Position numbers and translations under genes: made by a program. Under the pieces are notes generated by a model. It saw only the letters and a list, made by a program, of their open reading frames with translations. It was not told the DNA's origin and did no database searches. Of a DNA stretch of 64,000 nucleotides, positions 57,031-64,000 are shown in pieces; the stretch's first letter is position 1; the number at the start of each line of letters is the position of its first letter. Where the stretch lies: NCBI GenBank assembly GCA_963815075.1, contig CAWFFK010000006.1, forward strand, positions 261,258 through 325,257. The letters are read 5' to 3'. The stretch comes from an uncultured Bacteroidales bacterium (GTDB lineage Bacteria > Bacteroidota > Bacteroidia > Bacteroidales > VadinHA17).

Positions 57031-58091
57031 CGGGTGTTTATGAGGTTTTCAGGTATTGGCATTTGTCTGCCGTTTTTTGTTTTATACTTATCGGAGCTGT
57101 CAAATTCAACTCCCATTTTCCTTAATAAAGGGTCTGATTGAACCATATGATACTGCAATCCAAGATCCCATGGATTATAACCCAGAACCAGTCCGGCAAG
57201 TTCCTCGTAAGTCAGAACAGGTATTGATTTTCCATTTTCTCCGTATGATATCCCTTCCATTTCCTTAATAGTGTATTGCCATCTGTCCATGAACATATTA
57301 CATCCCGGACAATTTGTAATAACCATATCTGGCCTGAAAGGCTCCATGGAAGCAAACTTCTTTGCGGTGTTTGATACAGAATAACCCCTGTTTGCCTGTA
57401 CAAGGTATTGTCTGAAACCGAAACCACAACAGTGCCTTCTCTCAGGATAATCAACCACCCTTCCGCCCCAGGCTTCAGCCATACCACTGAGAACACGAGG
57501 AAATTCAGCTCCTCCCACTCCCGATTTGGGAAACATTTTAGCATAATGACAACCAATATGTTCCACGATATTAAGAGGTTCCCCGGTTTCTTTGTTTACA
57601 AGCAGGTTTTTTGCCCTTGCGGCAATTTCATCTCTGAACTTATAAATTATATCACTTGTGTGAGCTACATTTTCAGGAAGGTCAAATTCCCTTCCAGTAG
57701 CCCTGAAAAGATAATCACGGGTTTTTTCAAGTTCTTCAGGAAAATGCTTCCATGTTTCAAGAATTTCAGTATACAGACCAAAAGAGGTGACACAGGAGAT
57801 TGCAATGTTTTTGTATCCTGATTCTTTCATCAGTGCAAAATGTCTTGCTATTACCGTCATTATTGTAGAAGAAGGAACGATATCACTGTGATAACCAATG
57901 CCCGTACATGTCGTATGAGACGGGTTCTCATAAACATCTTTGCCCAGGATATTGCGCAGGAGATCCAGGAAAAACTGTTCCGAGCCGGGAAAAAAGCTCT
58001 GACGGATACATGATCTTACATAAAAGAAATGATCATCGGCAATGTCCTTCTGGTAATCTGACCATATCCTTTTTTTCCCGTCCGTTTTCAT
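57027..58091 (-). CDS. HdrB-like CCG-domain protein
   Basis: C-terminal canonical CCG domain (GCHYAK...HCCGFG...NCPGCNMF). The N-terminal CCG domain is degenerate (SCIRQ...TCTG...SCVTSF). ATGA overlaps on both sides. Confidence 0.8.
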   Translation of the reverse strand: MKTDGKKRIWSDYQKDIADDHFFYVRSCIRQSFFPGSEQFFLDLLRNILGKDVYENPSHTTCTGIGYHSDIVPSSTIMTVIARHFALMKESGYKNIAISCVTSFGLYTEILETWKHFPEELEKTRDYLFRATGREFDLPENVAHTSDIIYKFRDEIAARAKNLLVNKETGEPLNIVEHIGCHYAKMFPKSGVGGAEFPRVLSGMAEAWGGRVVDYPERRHCCGFGFRQYLVQANRGYSVSNTAKKFASMEPFRPDMVITNCPGCNMFMDRWQYTIKEMEGISYGENGKSIPVLTYEELAGLVLGYNPWDLGLQYHMVQSDPLLRKMGVEFDSSDKYKTKNGRQMPIPENLINTR

Positions 58092-58819
58092 CCCTTATCT
58101 GCTTTATAATGAGTCGTATGAGTACCGTTGTTTGAAGTATAAACCTCAACAAAATAATCATTATCAATGCCTTCGCTTTCGAATTGCAATCCCATTTTTG
58201 CAGCTTTTTCCTTAGAATACTTTTCAATCTGATCAAAAAGCTCTGTTCCACCTGTCACGTCAAATATCTTTTTCAATTCATCAAGTGCATCCTGGGGTAT
58301 CTTCCTTAATGGCCCAGTTCCTATCCCATTAACCTGTCCACCAATCCTTTCAAAGACATCATCGGTATTTTCAAGAATATATTCCCAGATTGGTCCCTGT
58401 TCAGGATGCATCTTTGGATTTACAGCATAAGTGGCTGCACAATAACCATATTTAAAGATATTCTCACCAACAGTCCTCTTGATAGCCAGTTGCTGACGTC
58501 CTTTTTCTGATTCGGTAAAGTATCCGAGTTTCTGGGAAAGTGATCTGAGAGCCATTATTATTAAACCCGGTGTGTTGCCACGGGGACATCTTGTCTTGCA
58601 TGACATACACTCACCGCAATACCAGATCGTTTCAGACTTAAGAAGACTTACCAACTCCTCCTCATCCTTTTTCTGAACTGTATCGACAATTTTTCTTGGG
58701 TCATAGTCGTAGAACTCTGCCGCAGGGCAAATAGCTGTGCAAACTCCGCAATTCATACAAGCTTTCAATCCCTCTTCATACCTGACATCTTTTTGCAATA
58801 GATCGAAAAGATTTTCCAT
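58088..58819 (-). CDS. HdrC-like 2x[4Fe-4S] protein
   Basis: CMNCGVCTAICPA and CGECMSCKTRCPRG motifs. 243 aa. First gene of the operon. Confidence 0.8.
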   Translation of the reverse strand: MENLFDLLQKDVRYEEGLKACMNCGVCTAICPAAEFYDYDPRKIVDTVQKKDEEELVSLLKSETIWYCGECMSCKTRCPRGNTPGLIIMALRSLSQKLGYFTESEKGRQQLAIKRTVGENIFKYGYCAATYAVNPKMHPEQGPIWEYILENTDDVFERIGGQVNGIGTGPLRKIPQDALDELKKIFDVTGGTELFDQIEKYSKEKAAKMGLQFESEGIDNDYFVEVYTSNNGTHTTHYKADKG

Positions 58820-58855
58820 TACCCGGGATTAATTAATTTTGTTAAAATATTAACA

Positions 58856-58863
58856 CAAAAATA
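58856..58863 (-). promoter_or_regulatory. candidate -7 promoter box (TAnnTTTG) for the hdr-like operon
   Basis: On the minus strand this reads TATTTTTG, 37 nt upstream of the hdrC-like ATG at 58819. It lies between the GATCRGG repeat and the gene. This is a motif match only. Confidence 0.3.
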
Positions 58864-58933
58864 CCTTTAAAACAGGCAGACCGAAAGAAGCTTAAAGCCT
58901 ATTTACAAGGGAGTATTTATACTTATTACATGA

Positions 58934-58990
58934 GATCAGGGATCAGGGATCAGGGATCGGGGATCAGGGATCGGGGATCAGGGATCGGGG
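58934..58990 (+). repeat. heptanucleotide tandem repeat (GATCAGG/GATCGGG) x8
   Basis: Eight contiguous 7-nt units in the order A,A,A,G,A,G,A,G at the variable position. This gives eight GATC sites and eight G3-G4 runs separated by 3-4 nt. Confidence 0.95.
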
Positions 58991-59004
58991 AACAAGGCAG
59001 AAAG

Positions 59005-59436
59005 CTATTTAATTTTTGTCTTGATAGCAATCAGTTTCAGGACATTATCAACGTCAGATTTATTATAGACTTTAAATGAAATTGGTCTTATCAGACCGTA
59101 TTTTTTGGATGTTCTGAAGTCCTCCTTAATTTTATCAGGAAGATCACTGTTTTCTATTACGGGCACAGCCTTATCACCAAAATAGAAAGTAATTCTGAAT
59201 GTATCAGCAAATATACCTGCCCAGAAAATAGTTTTCTTCTTCTGAACAAGCTTAAACAGCCATTGTTTTCCGTCATTGTAATAATTCCAACTGCCTGATG
59301 CATCTTTATATTTTTCTGACACATAGCTCATTATACTTTGCCATAGCCCTTTGTGCTCACCTATGAACGAAAATATTTGATCATCAGTCGGAATAACTGA
59401 TTTATCCGGCAACATCATTTTTTCTTTTTCAGCCAT
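59005..59436 (-). CDS. DUF3788 family protein
   Basis: SWNYYNDGKQWLFKLVQKKKTIFWAGIFADTFRITFYFGDKA matches the DUF3788 core as I recall it. 143 aa. Confidence 0.55.
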   Translation of the reverse strand: MAEKEKMMLPDKSVIPTDDQIFSFIGEHKGLWQSIMSYVSEKYKDASGSWNYYNDGKQWLFKLVQKKKTIFWAGIFADTFRITFYFGDKAVPVIENSDLPDKIKEDFRTSKKYGLIRPISFKVYNKSDVDNVLKLIAIKTKIK

Positions 59437-59517
59437 TTAATAACAGGTTTTAATAAGAGCGGAATAAACCTAAAGCAAAGAATCAAATCACCGATTTTCA
59501 GAATTTATAATTAATGG

Positions 59518-59856
59518 TCAATTCAGGCTTTTGAGATTCAGAATTGCTTCAGGAGCATATTTATGAATACCTGAAACAATTGCACATGTATCCATTTCAG
59601 CACAATCACCGCATGTATCAAAACCTTTCGCTTTAACACAATTCCTGATTTCGCATACGCTGCAATGACCTAATTTTACACCCTCTTCCCTGCATCCTGT
59701 ACAGTTTATCATAGCAGGTGACATATCAGATACATTATACATTGTTTTCCATTTTTCAGCAACTTCTTTCCTAAGCTTATCATCATTGCTGATTGTAGCT
59801 ATTCTTGCATCACAGGCAGCACAATTAAGACCGCAACAGGCAACAATTTTTTCCAT
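59518..59856 (-). CDS. DUF3795 family cysteine-rich protein
   Basis: The series CCGLNCAACDA ... NCTGCREEG ... HCSVCEIRNC ... DTCGDCAEMDTC is the characteristic DUF3795 cysteine pattern. 112 aa. Confidence 0.6.
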   Translation of the reverse strand: MEKIVACCGLNCAACDARIATISNDDKLRKEVAEKWKTMYNVSDMSPAMINCTGCREEGVKLGHCSVCEIRNCVKAKGFDTCGDCAEMDTCAIVSGIHKYAPEAILNLKSLN

Positions 59857-60235
59857 TGTTTTGAATTTAAAATTAATATATACCTTCTAACAGTTCCTGA
59901 CGAGTTTTTAATCAGTTTTTTGATATTAATATACAAAATTTATTCTGAAAGTAAAGAATTATTAAAAAAAATCTTTATGCCCGATTTAAGAAGTTTGAGA
60001 TTCAATAACTGCTGGTTCCTGGAAATCACGATGAGTTTTTTCATAATCTGCAGCCTTGACTAATTTATAATTTTTCCGACTTTAAATTAGTTCGGTGTTT
60101 AAAAGTGAATTTCATTTTTATAAGTTTAAAAATGAAACATTTAATTTTCTGAAAAAAGTGTTGTAATTTTCAAAATCAGAACTTTCTGAGAAAGATGATA
60201 ATACCTGCGCAGGACATAAAAACTGTTTTGACAAC

Positions 60236-62824
60236 ATGAATAAAGCTAAATCTTTCATCTCTAAACTATTATACAACAAGTTTCTCTGGCAGATCATTTT
60301 TGCATCTTTTCTTATCGGGATGGCCATATTTTTTATCCGGCATGAGAACCTAGAACTTTCCAGGATAAAGGAGCAGTTGTCAGCCAGTAATCCATGGTAT
60401 GTATCTTTAGGAATAATCCTTACCTGTGTTTACATTATATTACAGGCACAAATGTACATACACAGTTATAAATCCATGGGAGTAGATATCCCGCTCAGGG
60501 TAGCATCAAGACTTTTCCTTAAGCGTAATTTTATAAGTGTATTCCTGCCTGCAGGCGGTTTTTCGTCACTGGCCTTCTTTACTTCAGAAGTTGAGAGCCA
60601 TGGTGCAAGCAAATCGCAGGTACATCTGGCATCTGCATTTTTTGCCTTCTTCAGCATTTTATCAGTAGTAGTTATTGCCTTCCCTATATTCGGATTTGCC
60701 TTGTTTGCATACAATTTGCAGAAAGCGGAATTAGTTGGATTCATTTTCCTTATTGTGTTGATAGCGGTTTTTTTCGCATTCATATATTCAATATCAAAAA
60801 AAGGAAAAGCTTATCAATGGCTGTCAAAAATTCGTCCTTCTTTTACAGTTACGCTCGATGAAATGGTAAGTCAGCGCATTAACCGAAAGGAGCTTTGGGT
60901 AACATTATTTTTCTCTATAGGGATTGAAATAGTCGGAGTGGTGCATCTTTATATTGCCATGCTGGCGCTTGGCTTTAATCCTTCATGGCCTGCCGCATTT
61001 ATTGGTTATATAGTTATGGTGCTTATCCTTATAGCCTCACCTTTTCTCCGTGGGCTGGGTGCAATTGAGGTCTCACTCACATTTATTCTTAATCAGTTTG
61101 GATTTCCGTTACTTGCGGCTGCATCTATCACCCTGTTATACCGGTTCTTTGAATTCTGGCTGCCCCTGCTGGCAGGAGTAGGAAGTTTCATCTCGCGGAG
61201 GAACAACATTTTCCTACGCATAATGGCTCCCGTAATAATTTTTGTTCTTGGTGTGGTAAATATTCTTTCTTCAATAACCCCCGCAATTCCCATAAGGTTA
61301 AAACTTGTACATGAATTCTTTCCCAGAAGCCTGGTCAGTAATACAAATGAGTTTGTACTTGTTGTTGGACTACTCCTTATCATTCTGAGCGTATTTCTGT
61401 TCCAGGGATCGAGAAGAGCATGGTATATTGCATTGTTTCTTACAATTGTCTCAGTCTTAGGCCATCTGATCAAAGGAGCCGACTGGGAAGAAGCAAGTCT
61501 TGCGATACTCGCTGCTGTTTCTCTTGTTTACACACGTTCGCATTACACTTTAAAACCTCACCGGCGTCTCACGCGGATAAGTTATTTTGTTTTGCTGTAC
61601 AGTTTCGCCGCAGTGCTTCTGTATGGAATCATTGGTTTGTATTTTATGGATAAACATCATTTTGGAGTTGATTTCAAGATATGGTCTTCCGTTAAAATTA
61701 TATTCAAAATGTTCTTTTTGTTTGATGACAGCGGGCTGACACCTTTAACAAATTTTGGAAGGCATTTTCTGTATTCAATATACATTTCAGGAGGGCTTGT
61801 GATCAGCTTTATATTTTTCAGTATTCTTAAGCCTTATTTTACCAAACCCTATAATACTGTTGAGGATTATAATATAGCGAAAGATCTTGTAAAACAGTAT
61901 GGTAATTCTCCTCTTGACTTTTTCAAAACCTATCCTGACAAATTCATTTTCCTGTCAGATGATCGTGATGGTTTCATCTCATTCAAAATGACCCGTTACT
62001 TTGCCTTTGTTCTTGAAAACCCTGTATGCAAAGATGATAAAGCCCTGGTAAAGCTTGTTCAGGATTTTGATAGGTTTTGTACTGAAAACGGATTTGTAAG
62101 CATATATTACCGAATTCCCTTACAAACACTTAATCTTTACAGGGATCTGGGAAAGAAGAGCTTCCCTCTTGGAGAAGAGGCTATTGTCGATCTGACAACA
62201 TTTACCATGGACGGGGGAAAGATGAAAACCACACGGAGTGCAATTAACAGACTTACTTCTGAGGGTTTAGATATTAAAATCTACCAGCCTCCTGTAAAAG
62301 AAGGACTTCTGCAGAAGATTGAAATGGTTTCAAATAACTGGCTTACATCTATGAATCAGAAAGAAATTGCATTTACTCAGGGCGTTTTTGACAGAGCGAT
62401 ACTAAAAGAACAAACTATTATTACAGTTGAAGATAACGAGGAAAGAGTATATGCATTCCTGAACCTGGTACCTGACTATGCACCCGGTGAAGCAACATAT
62501 GATCTTATCAGAAAAGTACATGATGCACCAAATGGTGTTCTTGATCTTCTGATGGCAAAAACTCTGTTGTATATGAAAGAGCAGGGTTTTACCTCAGCCA
62601 ATCTTGGTCTGGCGGCTCTTTCAGGAATTGAAGGTGATAACCTTGCAGAAAAAACTATCCGTTATGCATACCAAAACTTAAAAGCTTTCGGCCATTTCAA
62701 AGGGCTCAGAAAATATAAAGAGAAATTTTTCCCCCGTTGGGAGAAAAAATTTCTGGTTTACAATTATGATTTCCACTTATTGCAGGTTCCTAATGCCCTC
62801 AGAAGGGTATCTGAAGGAAAATAG
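60236..62824 (+). CDS. mprF: bifunctional aminoacyl-phosphatidylglycerol flippase/synthase (MprF family)
   Basis: About 14 TM helices in the first 520 aa or so, followed by a cytoplasmic LPG-synthase (DUF2156) domain with ...GEATYDLIRK...LGLAALSG...FKGLRKYKEKF. 862 aa. Confidence 0.82.
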   Translation: MNKAKSFISKLLYNKFLWQIIFASFLIGMAIFFIRHENLELSRIKEQLSASNPWYVSLGIILTCVYIILQAQMYIHSYKSMGVDIPLRVASRLFLKRNFISVFLPAGGFSSLAFFTSEVESHGASKSQVHLASAFFAFFSILSVVVIAFPIFGFALFAYNLQKAELVGFIFLIVLIAVFFAFIYSISKKGKAYQWLSKIRPSFTVTLDEMVSQRINRKELWVTLFFSIGIEIVGVVHLYIAMLALGFNPSWPAAFIGYIVMVLILIASPFLRGLGAIEVSLTFILNQFGFPLLAAASITLLYRFFEFWLPLLAGVGSFISRRNNIFLRIMAPVIIFVLGVVNILSSITPAIPIRLKLVHEFFPRSLVSNTNEFVLVVGLLLIILSVFLFQGSRRAWYIALFLTIVSVLGHLIKGADWEEASLAILAAVSLVYTRSHYTLKPHRRLTRISYFVLLYSFAAVLLYGIIGLYFMDKHHFGVDFKIWSSVKIIFKMFFLFDDSGLTPLTNFGRHFLYSIYISGGLVISFIFFSILKPYFTKPYNTVEDYNIAKDLVKQYGNSPLDFFKTYPDKFIFLSDDRDGFISFKMTRYFAFVLENPVCKDDKALVKLVQDFDRFCTENGFVSIYYRIPLQTLNLYRDLGKKSFPLGEEAIVDLTTFTMDGGKMKTTRSAINRLTSEGLDIKIYQPPVKEGLLQKIEMVSNNWLTSMNQKEIAFTQGVFDRAILKEQTIITVEDNEERVYAFLNLVPDYAPGEATYDLIRKVHDAPNGVLDLLMAKTLLYMKEQGFTSANLGLAALSGIEGDNLAEKTIRYAYQNLKAFGHFKGLRKYKEKFFPRWEKKFLVYNYDFHLLQVPNALRRVSEGK

Positions 62825-62835
62825 CAAAAATATTC

Positions 62836-63228
62836 CTAAATACCTGGATCAGTTGATTTGGTAAGCGTAAGAGGCACTTCACCTTCAGAATATATAGCTT
62901 TACCTGACATCCTGGCTTCATTTTCCACCTTCAATAATACTCTTACATCCTGGTTTTCTACAAATACTGAAAATATTAAACTATCATTGGACGATTTCAC
63001 ATTTTCCCCGGGGATTTTATAATCGCTTCCCGTAAACGACATAGATGTCGTATTTGTCTGTTTTTCAAACCCGACAATGATAATACCGGAAGTATATCCT
63101 TCAGGTGCATAAGGGGCGTCAAACTTCCAGGTGCCAACAGGGTTGTTCTTTTTACTATTATCCTGACCGTTTGCAGCAATAACCGTAAGTAATAAAATAG
63201 CCAGTAATGTTAAGGTTTTCCTTTTCAT
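62836..63228 (-). CDS. small secreted hypothetical protein
   Basis: The likely start is MKRKTLTLLAILLLTVIAANG (signal peptide) at 63228 rather than the ORF-track Met at 63273. The mature part of about 110 aa is beta-rich. Confidence 0.45.
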   Translation of the reverse strand: MKRKTLTLLAILLLTVIAANGQDNSKKNNPVGTWKFDAPYAPEGYTSGIIIVGFEKQTNTTSMSFTGSDYKIPGENVKSSNDSLIFSVFVENQDVRVLLKVENEARMSGKAIYSEGEVPLTLTKSTDPGI

Positions 63229-63297
63229 TGTAATTAATATTAATTTGATCTCAAATATAGATATCAAAATCAAATATTCAATACATGGAATAAAAAT

Positions 63298-63921
63298 CTA
63301 GCAGCCTCCTGCTGCTCTCTTTTTCTTGGGGATTGGCATGATAGCAGGCTTAGCTGAAGTTGCGGCCTGTTCCTGTGTTACCTGTACCGGACCTCCTCCT
63401 CCAAGCGCCTGACCGGCACTTTTGCGGAAATCGTATTTTGCAAACTCCTCATCAGGACTTGTCGAAGATGGTCGCTGTGGATTGAGTATTGCTTCAAACC
63501 AGTAATTAAGTCCTCCCTCAAGAACAAAATTATTGGTATAACCAAGCTGTCTTGTAATCATCCATGCTTCATTTGCTACGAGGCTTCCGTTTGAATAGAA
63601 TACATTCATTTTGACATCCTGGTTCAGGATATCCGCATACTTATCAGAAAGAAGGTCCGGTGCCGGAATATTAATTGCCCCCGGAAGGCTGTATTTTTCG
63701 AATTCTTCCTGACTTCTTACATCAATAAGACGAAGAGTGGGATCCTTTTTAACAATCATATCCGCTATAACCTCCGGGGTGACATATTGCGTGCGGGCGT
63801 TGGCCTCGCTCAGTAACTGCGCCGCAGTCAGTTTATATGGTTTGGTTTTATTCTGAGGCACTGCTGCAATTATAAGTCCCATGGGTATTATGAACAATGC
63901 TAATAATGTACGTGGCTTCAT
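63298..63921 (-). CDS. exported rhodanese-homology-domain protein lacking the canonical active-site cysteine
   Basis: Signal peptide. Rhodanese blocks LRLIDVRSQEEFEKYSLPGAINIP and VLEGGLNYW. The active-site loop position reads FYSNGSLVANEA with no Cys. There is a low-complexity tail ending in AAGGC. Confidence 0.72.
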   Translation of the reverse strand: MKPRTLLALFIIPMGLIIAAVPQNKTKPYKLTAAQLLSEANARTQYVTPEVIADMIVKKDPTLRLIDVRSQEEFEKYSLPGAINIPAPDLLSDKYADILNQDVKMNVFYSNGSLVANEAWMITRQLGYTNNFVLEGGLNYWFEAILNPQRPSSTSPDEEFAKYDFRKSAGQALGGGGPVQVTQEQAATSAKPAIMPIPKKKRAAGGC

Positions 63922-64000
63922 GATTATTTTTTTTAGATTTTCAAATAAAATGTATTGTTAATATTCCTCTCTGGTAAATTTTTTCTCAGCCCATTCTGCA

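Noticed and set aside
53762-58819. Calling the Hdr-like operon a bona fide sulfur-oxidising sHdr system or a methanogen-type heterodisulfide reductase.
   Set aside because: The gene order and the short HdrA resemble sHdr. However, no lbpA, lipoate-assembly, dsrE, tusA or sox genes are nearby. The last gene is membrane-anchored rather than HdrC2B2-like. The host looks like a fermentative anaerobe. Methanogen-type HdrA domains and mvh genes are absent. Function is left open.
59857-60235. The 379-bp spacer upstream of mprF, which contains a short AT hairpin (TTCATTTTTA ... TAAAAATGAA near 60105-60140).
   Set aside because: The stem is AT-only and weak, with no associated gene end and no family resemblance. 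It is probably promoter-region DNA.
63958-64000. An open frame on the minus strand reading ...AEWAEKKFTREEY-stop at the window edge.
   Set aside because: It is probably the 3' end of a gene that starts beyond the window. Thirteen codons are too few to identify or to assert as a feature.
1-64000. Search for tRNA, rRNA or tmRNA genes, integrases, transposases, phage genes, toxin-antitoxin pairs or known defence-system signatures.
   Set aside because: None was recognised in any intergenic region or ORF translation. The window looks like core chromosome rather than an accessory island.

Overview
This 64-kb window reads as a core chromosomal segment of an anaerobic member of the Bacteroidota. The taxonomic call is an inference from gene content, mostly Shine-Dalgarno-less starts, TAnnTTTG-type -7 boxes and low-to-moderate GC. 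I support about 50 CDS. I found no rRNA, tRNA, CRISPR array, integrase, transposase or prophage. Gene content in order: hexuronate/galactoside catabolism (UxaE-like epimerase, GH35 beta-galactosidase); an MsbA-like ABC exporter; purB; mqnA; an HD-domain protein and a PLP decarboxylase; an assimilatory sulfate operon (DUF2061-cysH-cysD-cysN); dinB; an SNF2 helicase; an iron-sulfur flavoprotein; a trimeric HydABC-type [FeFe] hydrogenase; MscS; a GNAT-HDAC fusion protein; a LytS/LytTR two-component pair; tkt; three consecutive cytoplasmic PAS/GAF sensor kinases; two PPIases; a beta-propeller/phosphoesterase protein; dcp; purL; a five-gene heterodisulfide-reductase-like (Hdr-like) operon; DUF3788 and DUF3795 genes; mprF; and a rhodanese-like protein. 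The observations I rate most worth a second look are these. (1) The translationally coupled Hdr-like operon (hdrC-hdrB-short hdrA-ferredoxin-membrane HdrE/D-like fusion) has no recognisable partner genes. (2) Intergenic heptanucleotide tandem repeats (GGGTGCT, ACTCACT, GATCRGG) occur at several loci, and most match the canonical G-quadruplex pattern. One of them lies inside the cysD-cysN spacer. (3) Two copies of a roughly 150-nt palindromic element built from CACAAAG-like heptads sit just after stop codons. (4) The hydrogenase has a Cys-to-Ser change in H-cluster motif L1 and a minimal NuoF-like HydB. None of these is proven novel from sequence alone, so a decisive check is given for each.
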